Source: Candidatus Fermentibacterota bacterium
GTDB taxonomy: Bacteria; Fermentibacterota; Fermentibacteria; Fermentibacterales; JCC-6
Assembly (NCBI GenBank): GCA_963845085.1
Contig: CAWJQI010000005.1
Location: 448,502-512,501, forward strand
Direction: 5' to 3'
Length of the DNA stretch: 64,000 nt
Below are positions 1-9,047 of this stretch, piece by piece. Position 1 is the first letter of the stretch; every line of letters starts with the position of its first letter. Below the pieces are notes generated by a model. That model saw nothing but the letters and a program-made list of their open reading frames with translations, ran no database searches and had not been told where the DNA came from. The position numbers and the translations under genes are program-made.

Positions 1-3000
1 GGCGACATCGGTGTCGGGGTGGGCCCGTGCCGATTCCTCGAACCTTGCGGCGGCCGCCAGAAGAGTCGAAACGTCCTCGCTTGCTGCAAGCGTTTCAGCG
101 TCGCGGTATGCAGCGCTTGCTGCGAGAAGGTCGAAGTCCTCTCCAAGGTCCTCTCCCGTGAGGGCGGCGGCATCGGAGGCTCTTCCGTACCACTGTTCGG
201 CGTCGGAGTACATCTGCTGCGCCTCGTACGACGCCGCGACGTAACGGGCGGACCTGGCAACATACTGCGACCTCGGGTACTCGTTGTAAATGCGGCTGTA
301 GACTTCCCTGGCGTTCACGTAGTCGTTGGCGTTGTAGTAGCTGCCGGCCGTGGCGAAGAGGAACTGGTCGGCGTACTCGCCGGCAGGGTAGTTCCGGGTG
401 TAGAGGTAGGCGGTTTCCTTCAGCTTGTCACGAAGGGCTGCGCTGTCGGGAACGGCGCCCTGTGCGTAGGCGCTGAAGTAGGATGTAAAGGCGTTGCCAA
501 GGGCTGTTTCCTGTTTCTGGGTGCTCAGGCTGTCGTAGGCAACCTCAAGGTAGGCGTCTCCGGCGAGCAGGAAGCTGCCCACCGCGTAGTAGGCGTCACC
601 CAGGTAGAACTTGTAGTCGTACGCCACACGACGGTCGCCGTATTCGGAGAGATAGGTCTGAAGCCTGCCTATCAGGTTCTCGTAGTGCTCGGTCCGGCCG
701 GCCTGCCCCTCGGGGATCTGGGCCGAAGTGGAGAGATGGTAGTTGATGGCCTGTTCCAAAGCGGCGGCCCTTATCGAGTCGACCTGCGCGAATCTCGATG
801 AATCGGCCATCTGTATGGCCCACTCGCTGCTGCTGCCGTACCGTTCGACAAGCTCTTCCCGGGCCTGGACTGCAAGCTGCATATCGCCGGCCCCCTCGTG
901 CGCCGCTGCTATCCGTGCCTGGATGAAGGGCGCTTCGGAACTGAAGGGGTCACGGGCAAGGAGAGCGTTGTAGGACTGGATGGCCTCGGGCCAGTAGCCC
1001 TGCTCGATATAGAAGTCACCCATTCTGTTCAAAACAGATATCGTCACGTCGGGGCGGTTGAACGCGTCGAGGAAATTGGAGGCGAGCTGAACCGAGTTCC
1101 CGCCGGGCTGTTCCATGAAGCTGTGCGCTATGTACTCGAGAGCTTCATCGACCATTGCAGACCCCTTGCCCAGCCCGAGAGAATCCATGGCTTCGGTGTC
1201 CTGGATGAGGTAGGCGAACACGGCAATTGACTTGGTGTAGTTGTTAAGGAGGTAATTGGTCCAGCCGAGCTTGTAGACGCCGAACTGGTACACCGTGGAG
1301 TTGGCCTCGGGGTGGTCGAGAACCCTGTCGTAGTACGTGAGGGCGCTGTCGAAGACAAAACTGTCGAAGTAGTGGTCGCCCGCCCTGACGTATGTCTCGG
1401 GAGCGAGCGGGCTGTTCGGGTACTGGGCCAGAAGCCGCCGGTAGTTGGAGATCGCGCCGCTCATGTCACCCATCTCGTTGAGAGCGTAACCCAGCGAGTA
1501 CAGCGCCACATCCTCGACTTCGCTCTCGGGATACTGGTTGAGCACGCGCTGGTAGAGATCGATGGTCCGGCTGTAGTCCATGGGGACGAACCCGCCGTCG
1601 GATGCGGCAATCCTGTCAAGGTAGGTGTTCTTGTCGATGTCGTAGTACAACTGGGCCAGCCTCACCAGGATGTCGGCGGTGAACCTGCTTTCGGGGAACA
1701 TGGCAAGGTATTCTTCAAAGTACGAGGCGCATTCAACGGCCTTCGCGTCAATCCTGTGCTGGATGGCCATGGTTTCCTGACGCCGCTGCTCGCTGAGCTC
1801 GGTCACCCTCGACGAGTCGCCCTGGGCGACCGCCTCTTCAATGCGGGCCTGGTAGAAGGCGCCGAGGTAGTTCAGGGAATCCCGCTTGAGCTCCCTTTCG
1901 ATGAAGGTGGCTATCGCGATCCCGTACTGCGTCTCCTGTATCCAGTCGTGGTCGGCGGACAGGCCTGACTCCATCTTGCTTGCAAGGTCCTGAAGGGCCA
2001 GGCGCAGCCTGCCCACCTCGCCCTCAAGGTGCTCGAGGCTCTGCCTGTCGGCCTCGGTGCCGTTCGTGGCGGCGACGCCCATGGCTTCGTTGACGGAAAG
2101 CGCGAGTATCTCGGTGTTGGCCCTGGAACTGGCGATGAGCCGGTTCAACTCCTGGCGCATGGTTTCGGTGTCCATCGAAGCAGGCATGGAAAGGGATGCC
2201 TCCATGGTGCTGATCTCGATCAGAAGGTCTCTGATGGAGCTCTCCTCGGCTTCGATCATGGCCACGAGCTCGGTGTCACCCTGAAGGTAGGCCTGCTCCT
2301 TGAGTTCAACGAGACCCAGGCGCGTGCGCTCAAGACGCTCCCGCTCGGCCTGGTACTGCTGAGCCTGCTCGCTTCCCCCGTCGAGAATGCGGTCGTAGGT
2401 GTCATCGGTGCTACGGTACTGGTTCATCAGCTGTCTGTAGCGGGAGATCGCGATGTCGATGTCCTGTGCGCCGAGAGCGCAGTTGGCCATGGCAAGCTCG
2501 AACTCGCTGATCAGCTCGGATCCCGGAACCTCCTCGATGACCCGGTCGGCCAGGGTGAAGGCATCCTGGTACCTTTCGAGACGCATGAGGGTCCACACCC
2601 TGCCCAGCATGGCAACATCGTAGTAGGCACTGAATGGGGAAACCCGGCTGTACTGCCTTATGGCCTCTTCGTAGTCGCCCTCCTCAACGAGGATCTGTGC
2701 GATGGCGATCCTGGCCCTCTCGCTGATGGCGGCGTTCTGGCGGCCCGCGTTGTCAATGACGCTCTGAAGCTGGACCATCGCGCCCGCATTGTCACCCTCG
2801 GCGACCATTGCGACGGCGGACAGATAGCTGGCCAGCGGACCGTTGGTGCCCGTTGTGCTCACCCTGGCGAACAATGCCCTGGCCTGGGGGAAGTTTCCCA
2901 GGTTGTACTGCGAAAGGCCTGCGACGATGATGGACATTTCCATGAACTCGAAGCCCGGTGCAGTGGTCACGAGCTGCTGGTGATAATCGAGGGCGACCTC

Positions 3001-3405
3001 GAAATCCTGAAGCTCGAACGCTATCAGTTGAAGCCTGAACAGTGATGGGTCGGTGTATTCGGATCGTTCGAAATTATTGATGACAGCGTCGAATGCGTCT
3101 CTCGCCCAGACTATCGATCCAGCGGTGTAGAGCTCCTCGCCCAGTTCGAAGGCGGATTGCGCACTGGAAAGCATGGCCCTTTCGCGCCTGAGCAACAGCA
3201 GTTCCGACTCGATGCGGGAAAGCCGCTCCTCCTCCTGGGAGATCTGAAGCTCGAGCTGTTCAATCTCCTGGCGGGCGCTTTCAAGAAGCGCGGCTTCCTC
3301 TGGTGTGGGAGGAACAGGCTCGCTCGCCTGAGAGAGGGCTGCACCCGGAAGGGCGGCCAGCACGGTCAACAACAAAAAGGCTGTCCGCAGGGTGGAACAG
3401 GCCAT
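1..3405 (-). CDS. Large secreted TPR-repeat protein (YbgF/BamD-like TPR units); 3' end runs off the left edge of the window
   Basis: Absent from the ORF track because no stop lies inside the window. My reverse-complement translation from ATG 3405 gives MACSTLRTAFLLLTVLAALPGAALSQA (signal peptide), then a coiled-coil stretch (EIEQLELQISQEEERLSRIESELLLLRRE), then TPR-like units. Spot checks at 1560 (DLYQRVLNQYPESEVEDVALYSLGYALNEMGD) and 480 (YFSAYAQGAVPD...NAREVYSRIYNEYPRSQYVARSARY) fall in the same frame. I did not translate every codon. The long + strand ORFs here (19..801, 1312..1968, 2029..3045) are Val/Gly-rich antisense shadows. Confidence 0.8.
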   Translation of the reverse strand, partial: MACSTLRTAFLLLTVLAALPGAALSQASEPVPPTPEEAALLESARQEIEQLELQISQEEERLSRIESELLLLRRERAMLSSAQSAFELGEELYTAGSIVWARDAFDAVINNFERSEYTDPSLFRLQLIAFELQDFEVALDYHQQLVTTAPGFEFMEMSIIVAGLSQYNLGNFPQARALFARVSTTGTNGPLASYLSAVAMVAEGDNAGAMVQLQSVIDNAGRQNAAISERARIAIAQILVEEGDYEEAIRQYSRVSPFSAYYDVAMLGRVWTLMRLERYQDAFTLADRVIEEVPGSELISEFELAMANCALGAQDIDIAISRYRQLMNQYRSTDDTYDRILDGGSEQAQQYQAERERLERTRLGLVELKEQAYLQGDTELVAMIEAEESSIRDLLIEISTMEASLSMPASMDTETMRQELNRLIASSRANTEILALSVNEAMGVAATNGTEADRQSLEHLEGEVGRLRLALQDLASKMESGLSADHDWIQETQYGIAIATFIERELKRDSLNYLGAFYQARIEEAVAQGDSSRVTELSEQRRQETMAIQHRIDAKAVECASYFEEYLAMFPESRFTADILVRLAQLYYDIDKNTYLDRIAASDGGFVPMDYSRTIDLYQRVLNQYPESEVEDVALYSLGYALNEMGDMSGAISNYRRLLAQYPNSPLAPETYVRAGDHYFDSFVFDSALTYYDRVLDHPEANSTVYQFGVYKLGWTNYLLNNYTKSIAVFAYLIQDTEAMDSLGLGKGSAMVDEALEYIAHSFMEQPGGNSVQLASNFLDAFNRPDVTISVLNRMGDFYIEQGYWPEAIQSYNALLARDPFSSEAPFIQARIAAAHEGAGDMQLAVQAREELVERYGSSSEWAIQMADSSRFAQVDSIRAAALEQAINYHLSTSAQIPEGQAGRTEHYENLIGRLQTYLSEYGDRRVAYDYKFYLGDAYYAVGSFLLAGDAYLEVAYDSLSTQKQETALGNAFTSYFSAYAQGAVPDSAALRDKLKETAYLYTRNYPAGEYADQFLFATAGSYYNANDYVNAREVYSRIYNEYPRSQYVARSARYVAASYEAQQMYSDAEQWYGRASDAAALTGEDLGEDFDLLAASAAYRDAETLAASEDVSTLLAAAARFEESARAHPDTDVA

Positions 3406-3413
3406 GCCCGTAC

Positions 3414-4394
3414 CTACCTGCTCTCGTCGAGGAGATCGCGGAGACTCTGGAGTTCCGCCTCTGCGGCCCTTCTTCGGGCTTCAAGCTCTTCAAGCCTTGC
3501 CCGGGCCCTCGCTATCCGCTGCTGCTCCCTCTCGAGCTCAAGTCCCTGAGCGCCGAGCAGGGGCCCGATCCGGGAGGTCAGGGCGAGGGAGAACTTGGCG
3601 TTCTGGCAGGGATCCTGCGCATTCTGGCCTTCGGGCGGGAAGAGCGCCATTTCAACTTCGGCAGCGGCGAGATTTATGGTAACGTAACGATTCACTTCAT
3701 AAGCGACGCCAAGGTTGAAATCCTTGCCGTCCTGTTCAACGGCCAGGGAAAAGGCATCGCTGGGGTCCCATACCAGAGAGCCGAAAAGGCCGTTGGCCAC
3801 GGCGCTGCCGATGTTCATCGCACCGCCTTCACCGATGACGCCCACGAACCTTCCAACTCCTATCCCGAGATTCACGGTGACAGGAACGCCGATGAGATAC
3901 ATCATGCTCTTGGATGCAACACCGTAAGCGGACCAGTTCTGGGCATGATCGTAGTTGTAGTACCCCTCCTCATCCCACGCGCCGTAGATGACTCCGGTCG
4001 AGTCGGGCGTTCCGGGAGGACCGCTGTACACGTCCACCCTTTCAACTCCGAACATGTTCTCACAGCCGATGGCGAATGCGGGGACATCGATCCCCTCGCG
4101 AAGAACCATGACCTTCATGTTGGCCACAAATCCGCCGTCACCGAGGTAGGATCCGCCGATCTGGCCGTAGCCGAGTATCCCGAAATCCACATAGCCCGCT
4201 GTGGCAAGCTCGCTCTGAGCCGCGCCCGAAGAGTCCTCCATGCTGTACATGGCTGCGCCGAACCCAAGCTCTATCTCCGTGTGCTGCAGGATGTAAGCAT
4301 CGGGCGAATTCAGAACGCCTCCGTAGGCAAACGGAACCGAAGCGGCGTGAAGCATAAAAGCCATGACCGGCAGGAACAGCAATGTCAGCCGCAT
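3414..4394 (-). CDS. Secreted, Gly/aromatic-rich (beta-rich, possibly outer-membrane) protein with C-terminal coiled coil
   Basis: ORF 3414..4514 trimmed to the internal Met giving MRLTLLFLPVMAFMLHAASVPFA (signal peptide). The body is rich in G/Y/F/V alternations. The C-terminus LELEREQQRIARARARLEELEARRRAAEAELQSLRDLL is a predicted coiled coil. The stop lies 8 nt upstream of the TPR gene start. Confidence 0.6.
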   Translation of the reverse strand: MRLTLLFLPVMAFMLHAASVPFAYGGVLNSPDAYILQHTEIELGFGAAMYSMEDSSGAAQSELATAGYVDFGILGYGQIGGSYLGDGGFVANMKVMVLREGIDVPAFAIGCENMFGVERVDVYSGPPGTPDSTGVIYGAWDEEGYYNYDHAQNWSAYGVASKSMMYLIGVPVTVNLGIGVGRFVGVIGEGGAMNIGSAVANGLFGSLVWDPSDAFSLAVEQDGKDFNLGVAYEVNRYVTINLAAAEVEMALFPPEGQNAQDPCQNAKFSLALTSRIGPLLGAQGLELEREQQRIARARARLEELEARRRAAEAELQSLRDLLDESR

Positions 4395-4604
4395 AAGACT
4401 CCTTCCGGCCCCTCCAGACCCGGTGAGTTGAACAAATCCCGAAACAGAATAGGGCATTTCCCCGTTGCTGAGTTGATAGTGAATATCAGCCAAGTTTGTT
4501 CCCTGGTCAACCACGGGGAACGAATTTGACCCCGGAGGATACTGGTTTTATTCTTCACGTCTTGGCGTTGCGCCAGGAAAACAGTTGGGAATTCGGAGGC
4601 GGCG

Positions 4605-6509
4605 TTGCTTTTTGCAGCTACAGCACTGCTTTTTCTATCCCTCGGAGGGGCATTTCCAGACTGGGAGATCCAGCTTGAGGCCACTCCAAGGGATGGTCCG
4701 CACCTGGTGCCAGACGGTGCCGGCGGGCAGTGCATTCTCATACCCATGGGAAATGCCGGCCTTGGCGGGTGGAGCCACGGCGGGGCAGTTCTTCAGGGCT
4801 TTCCCGTGTCGAGCGGCGCGGGTGTCATACTGCGACCCGCATGGATCCGGGGCCCGGGCGGCTCAACCCTCATCTCGTACGCCGACAACACCGGCCATGC
4901 CCACCTGGTTGACATCAGGGGCGCCGAGGTGCCGGGATGGCCGGTGAACACCGGGGGAAACATCGTCACCGGCGTGTCCGCGGTTGACCTCGACTGCGAT
5001 GAAAACCCCGAGATAGCCTTCGGTACCAGCGACGGAATGGTCTGGCTGCTCGATTCCGGTGGTGATCCGCTTCCGGGGTGGCCCGTTGACCTTTCCTCAC
5101 AGCTGCTCTGGCAGCCGACCCAGGTCAGTCTGGGCGGCGGCTCCGGAAAGGGGCTTGTATGCGCCTTGAGCAGTTCGGTGCTGACCGTGCTGGACATGCG
5201 CGGCGAACCCCTCCCGGGATGGCCTCTCAACCTTCCGTTCCCCGTGGGAAGCAACCCGGTTTCGGGTGACCTGAACTGCGATGGACAGGCCGACATAGTG
5301 TTCGCCTCCCAGAACAGGAGGTTCTATCTGCTGAACTCCCAGGGCAGGGAGCAGGAGGGGTGGCCGTACTTTCTCAGCGACCGGCCGGTCAGGGGTGCCG
5401 CTGCTCTCGGCATGCTGGGCAGCGCCTTCTCGTCTCCACAGACTGCCCTCAGCACGATCGACAGCCTTGTTTACCTCCTGAACGGCAACGGCACGCTCGC
5501 GGGCGAATGGAGATGGCCGAACAGGACCGAATCGATCCCATTCCAGCCCATTGTTGTCAACACCCCCTACGGCCCTGCTGTTCTTGCGGCAACCGAGAAC
5601 GGCATGATCCACGCATGGAACGCCGCAGGAGAATCACTGGACGGCTTTCCCTTCCAGCATCAGGGCGGGGTGGCGTTCCCTCCGGTCGCGGGCGATCTTG
5701 ACGGAAACGGGTTCGGAGAGCTCGTGGTTCTGAGCGCGGGCGGAGGGCTGGCCGTGTACTCCCTCAATGCCCACTACTCGGAGGGCGCAATCTGGCCGCT
5801 GCCGCTCGGCAACCCCGCAAACTCCGGTGTCTTCGGTTGTAGCGACCTCCCCGTCGCAACAGTTGGCGAGGTCGAATCAAGGAACACCGGTGACGTCGTC
5901 ATACCCTTCTCCGTCAGCGGTTCGCCGTACTCCGACATCACGCTCTACTACTCGCTCGACGCGGGCTACTCGTGGCTTGATACCCGCAGTTTCACCCGGA
6001 ACCAGTCATCGATCGTCTGGCACACCGACGCCGATCTTCCGCACGGCAACGAGCGACAGGTGGTGGTCCGCGTGACGCCCGTCTTCCAGGGGGGGCTCGG
6101 TGAATGCGGGATCTCAGGGATCTTCCAGGTGGACAACAACATCCCCCCCGCCATACACCTCGAAACACCTGAGATGATCGGCGGAGGACGCGTATCGTTC
6201 ACCTACACCGTCGATGACCCCGAGGGTGACATCATCCAGATTCAGGCGCAGTACTCCACCGACGGAGGGGAGAACTGGCATACGATGCATCTCGGAGGGA
6301 CAACGCTCGAGATATCTCCGTGGTTCTATGGAGAACCGTTCCATTGGAACGCCGAACGAGACCTTGGCCAGCTGGTAACCGAGGATGTGCATATCAGGGT
6401 CAGGGCAGCCGATGCAAAACCGGGTCCGTGGGACGGCATCGAGGGGCTCACTGTAGACACCAGGGCCATTCTTCCGGATCCCGAAGCAGCCGCCCCCGGG
6501 CTTCCCTGA
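4605..6509 (+). CDS. Secreted FG-GAP/VCBS-repeat protein with two C-terminal Asp-box-bearing Ig-like modules
   Basis: TTG start preceded by GGAGG (4595..4599, 5-nt spacer). Hydrophobic N-terminus MLFAATALLFLSLGGA. Repeated calcium-binding-type motifs DLDCDENPEIAFGTSDG, GDLNCDGQADIVF, GDLDGNGFGELVV. Asp-box-like motifs YSLDAGYSW and YSTDGGENW near the C-terminus. Confidence 0.75.
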   Translation: MLFAATALLFLSLGGAFPDWEIQLEATPRDGPHLVPDGAGGQCILIPMGNAGLGGWSHGGAVLQGFPVSSGAGVILRPAWIRGPGGSTLISYADNTGHAHLVDIRGAEVPGWPVNTGGNIVTGVSAVDLDCDENPEIAFGTSDGMVWLLDSGGDPLPGWPVDLSSQLLWQPTQVSLGGGSGKGLVCALSSSVLTVLDMRGEPLPGWPLNLPFPVGSNPVSGDLNCDGQADIVFASQNRRFYLLNSQGREQEGWPYFLSDRPVRGAAALGMLGSAFSSPQTALSTIDSLVYLLNGNGTLAGEWRWPNRTESIPFQPIVVNTPYGPAVLAATENGMIHAWNAAGESLDGFPFQHQGGVAFPPVAGDLDGNGFGELVVLSAGGGLAVYSLNAHYSEGAIWPLPLGNPANSGVFGCSDLPVATVGEVESRNTGDVVIPFSVSGSPYSDITLYYSLDAGYSWLDTRSFTRNQSSIVWHTDADLPHGNERQVVVRVTPVFQGGLGECGISGIFQVDNNIPPAIHLETPEMIGGGRVSFTYTVDDPEGDIIQIQAQYSTDGGENWHTMHLGGTTLEISPWFYGEPFHWNAERDLGQLVTEDVHIRVRAADAKPGPWDGIEGLTVDTRAILPDPEAAAPGLP

Positions 6510-6510
6510 A

Positions 6511-7779
6511 TCAAACCACAGGCTTTTCGCCGACCCCGCACCAGCGTGATTTGCCGCAGGCCTTTTCAAGGGTGAGCGGCGCCTTTTCCGAAGCCAGCTC
6601 AAGCATTTTCCCCGCGATCGCCCTGATGTCCCACTGGGCGTGGGCGTCGTCCCTCAGCCTGCAGAAGTGGTAGAACTCGCGTCCGTTCATGCTCACGATG
6701 ACCTGCCTTCGATGGGCATTCGTGAGGAGATAGCCGGTGCCGAGCCTGTCCGCAGCCTCACCTGCGGAAAGCACCGCATCCCTGAACATCGGCTCGAATC
6801 CGGCATCGCGGACCGATTGCGGAACCGTGATCCCCAGTGAGGTGCTGTAGGATGAAACCAGCTGCGTGCACATCCTGTGCCTCTTGAGCTGGGCGTACGC
6901 AGTTGCGGAGAGCATGAGGGAAAAATCCGAACGGAATAGCTCCCATGCCCTGGGAACGGCGTCGTGAACACCGAGAGACCGGTAGACGATGTCAAAGAGC
7001 TCCCTGCGTGGAAGCGGCCCGTGGATACGCTCGAGCCACGATGCAACCCTTTCGTCACCATCGCATTCGAGCAGCTCGACATCGTTGCCCGGAACCGGGT
7101 CGGGCTGAACGTGGGCGAACCCGTCCATCCCGGAGGGGCTTGTGAAGAGCAGAAGGGAGGGAGCCACGGGCTCAACCGCGCTGTAAAGCGCTTCGGCCAA
7201 CGCCCGCACCTCTTCGAGCGGGTGTGCCCTGAGCCGGCGTATCATGTGTTCCAGCTCCCGGGCGTTCACCGTCATGCCCATCTGGCTCGTCGTGGCTAGC
7301 GGGAGCAGGTACCTTGCGTCCTCCCTCGCGGTGCTCCTGTCGAATCCTGCCCCGGCGAAACCTTTCAGGAGCTTGCCGTATGCTGCGAACAGGTTCTTCA
7401 CGGTTCCGGTGAAAAGCCCCTCGTCCGCCGTCCCGACGGGAAGATGCCAGTCCTCCCCCATCCTCACATAACGCTGAGACTTCTCGGTGAAGCTCGCAAG
7501 CCGGAAAGACTGAAGGGCTTCAACGGCAAGCCTTGATATGCCTATTACATCGAAGTTGAACACGGCGTGCTCGGCAACGGAACCGTGGCCGTAATCGAAG
7601 ACGATCCGCCGGTTCGATTCCCTCGCGCTTTCAACCTCCCGGGCCGATTCCCTGCGCAGTTCGTCCACGGGGGCCGGATCCCTGCTGATCCGGGCGTAGG
7701 CCGCGCTGATCGTTTCGGGGGTTGCGACCGGGGCATCGCGGTCTGTGTTGAAGCCCGCAAGAATGACTTTCAAACCCAT
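6511..7779 (-). CDS. thyX: FAD-dependent thymidylate synthase-like protein, tandem (two-module) ThyX architecture
   Basis: The first half carries HGSVAEHAVFNF...SFRLASFTEKSQRY (ThyX HxSxxEH and SQRY signatures). The second half carries QLKRHRMCTQLVSSYS (RHR signature). At 422 aa it is about twice a canonical ThyX monomer. Confidence 0.65.
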   Translation of the reverse strand: MGLKVILAGFNTDRDAPVATPETISAAYARISRDPAPVDELRRESAREVESARESNRRIVFDYGHGSVAEHAVFNFDVIGISRLAVEALQSFRLASFTEKSQRYVRMGEDWHLPVGTADEGLFTGTVKNLFAAYGKLLKGFAGAGFDRSTAREDARYLLPLATTSQMGMTVNARELEHMIRRLRAHPLEEVRALAEALYSAVEPVAPSLLLFTSPSGMDGFAHVQPDPVPGNDVELLECDGDERVASWLERIHGPLPRRELFDIVYRSLGVHDAVPRAWELFRSDFSLMLSATAYAQLKRHRMCTQLVSSYSTSLGITVPQSVRDAGFEPMFRDAVLSAGEAADRLGTGYLLTNAHRRQVIVSMNGREFYHFCRLRDDAHAQWDIRAIAGKMLELASEKAPLTLEKACGKSRWCGVGEKPVV

Positions 7780-8939
7780 TCCTCCAACGGATGGGCCGCC
7801 GATGCGGCCAGGGGGTTCTCATACGGAAGCCTTCGGCGCATAAGATAGTCAAGTGAAAAGGCCCTGGAGGAGGGTTCGCCCCCGGCGAGCGCCCTTCGCC
7901 AGATTGACATGACCCTGATCGTGTCCCTCACCAGGGGATAAAGGTCCCAGCCGCCCGTTATCTCCGTCACGGAATCCGCCATCTCCTCCATGGCACTAAG
8001 GGAATTGTTCAGCCACTCGAGAGAGTCTGCGGGATCCTTCCCTGAAAGGGCAGCCCTTAGCATGCACAGAACACGGGCCCCTTCATCGGTTGTTTCCCAT
8101 GGTGTGAAGTGGAAATCCCGAAGGATCTCCCACCCCCTGAGCCTCGGGCCCAGTTCATGCGGCCAGGAAAGGCTGCCCGTGAAGAGGCCCGCGAGTTCCA
8201 TCACGCCGTGCAGGGCAACGGGAAAAATACAGGACGGGTTCAACAGCAGGCTGACCCCTTCGGGCGCCCTGCCTGCGAGCGACCCCAGGAAAACCCGTCT
8301 TATGCAGTAGTCATCGGCAAGGAGGTTGTCCCATATCACCGGAGCCCTGCCGAGAAGGGTCGCCGCTTCGTCGAGGCCATCAAGTTCCCTGCTGATGACG
8401 TCGTTTCCCGTCCAGAGAACATCCCAGTCCGGGTTGGCGCACGCTCTCCATCTTTCAAGGTACTGCGAAGCCCCCGGCCTTCCTCTCAGGAACTCCCTGC
8501 AGTAGACGGTCGGGCAGAGCATCACCGGAAGGTCAATCCCCGAGAGCGCCTTCTCCGCGAAGGAGAGCTGACGCTCGGCAAGGGAACCAGAGGCTTCCTG
8601 GGGGATGTCGTCGAACAGAAGGCAAAGCCCCGAAGCCCCGCTGCCGGCAGCGGTCAGGAACCGTTCACGTGCCATGCCGTGCTCGCTGTCCTGGAACTTC
8701 CACGGGCTCAGGCCGAAATAGAAGCGGACATCATGTCCGCGAGCGGCGCGGATCGCCCGATCGACTTCCATCCATGCTTCCGGCGGGCAGGGTTCCCTCC
8801 ACAGCCGCCGGTGGTATGGATCGTCTTTGGGTGCGTAAAGGTAGACCGGGTCGCACGGCCCGGAAAGCAACCGAAAAATGCTTTCACGCATTCCAGCGGA
8901 ATAGGGTTTTCCGTAGAATCCCTCGACCACTCCGTACAC
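7770..8939 (-). CDS. GH84-family beta-N-acetylglucosaminidase (O-GlcNAcase/NagJ-like)
   Basis: N-terminus MYGVVEGFYGKPYS...YLYAPKDDPYHRRLWREPCPPE matches the GH84 catalytic-domain signature (GVVEGFYG.PW...Y.YAPKDDPYHR..WRE.YP). Overlaps thyX by 10 nt, so the two are in the same operon. Confidence 0.75.
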   Translation of the reverse strand: MYGVVEGFYGKPYSAGMRESIFRLLSGPCDPVYLYAPKDDPYHRRLWREPCPPEAWMEVDRAIRAARGHDVRFYFGLSPWKFQDSEHGMARERFLTAAGSGASGLCLLFDDIPQEASGSLAERQLSFAEKALSGIDLPVMLCPTVYCREFLRGRPGASQYLERWRACANPDWDVLWTGNDVISRELDGLDEAATLLGRAPVIWDNLLADDYCIRRVFLGSLAGRAPEGVSLLLNPSCIFPVALHGVMELAGLFTGSLSWPHELGPRLRGWEILRDFHFTPWETTDEGARVLCMLRAALSGKDPADSLEWLNNSLSAMEEMADSVTEITGGWDLYPLVRDTIRVMSIWRRALAGGEPSSRAFSLDYLMRRRLPYENPLAASAAHPLEEWV

Positions 8940-9047
8940 TATAGCTCCCTCCGTGAATCACATATCGTTGTTTAAGGCATTCCCATGTTCTATGTTTCAT
9001 AGTCCAAAACCGGTCGCTCGAAAACCCTATCGCTTCATGGAGGAACG

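Noticed and set aside
19-3045. Long + strand ORFs (19..801, 898..1230, 1312..1968, 2029..3045) over the left 3 kb
   Set aside because: Their composition is Val/Gly/Leu/Glu-rich and motif-free, as expected for the antisense frame of a GC-rich gene. The minus strand reads as a continuous signal-peptide/TPR protein in one frame.
3303-4529. 408-aa + strand ORF overlapping the 3414..4394 minus-strand gene
   Set aside because: This is a shadow ORF. The minus-strand product has a signal peptide, sensible composition and operon placement. The + strand product is Arg/Gly/Pro-rich with no motifs.
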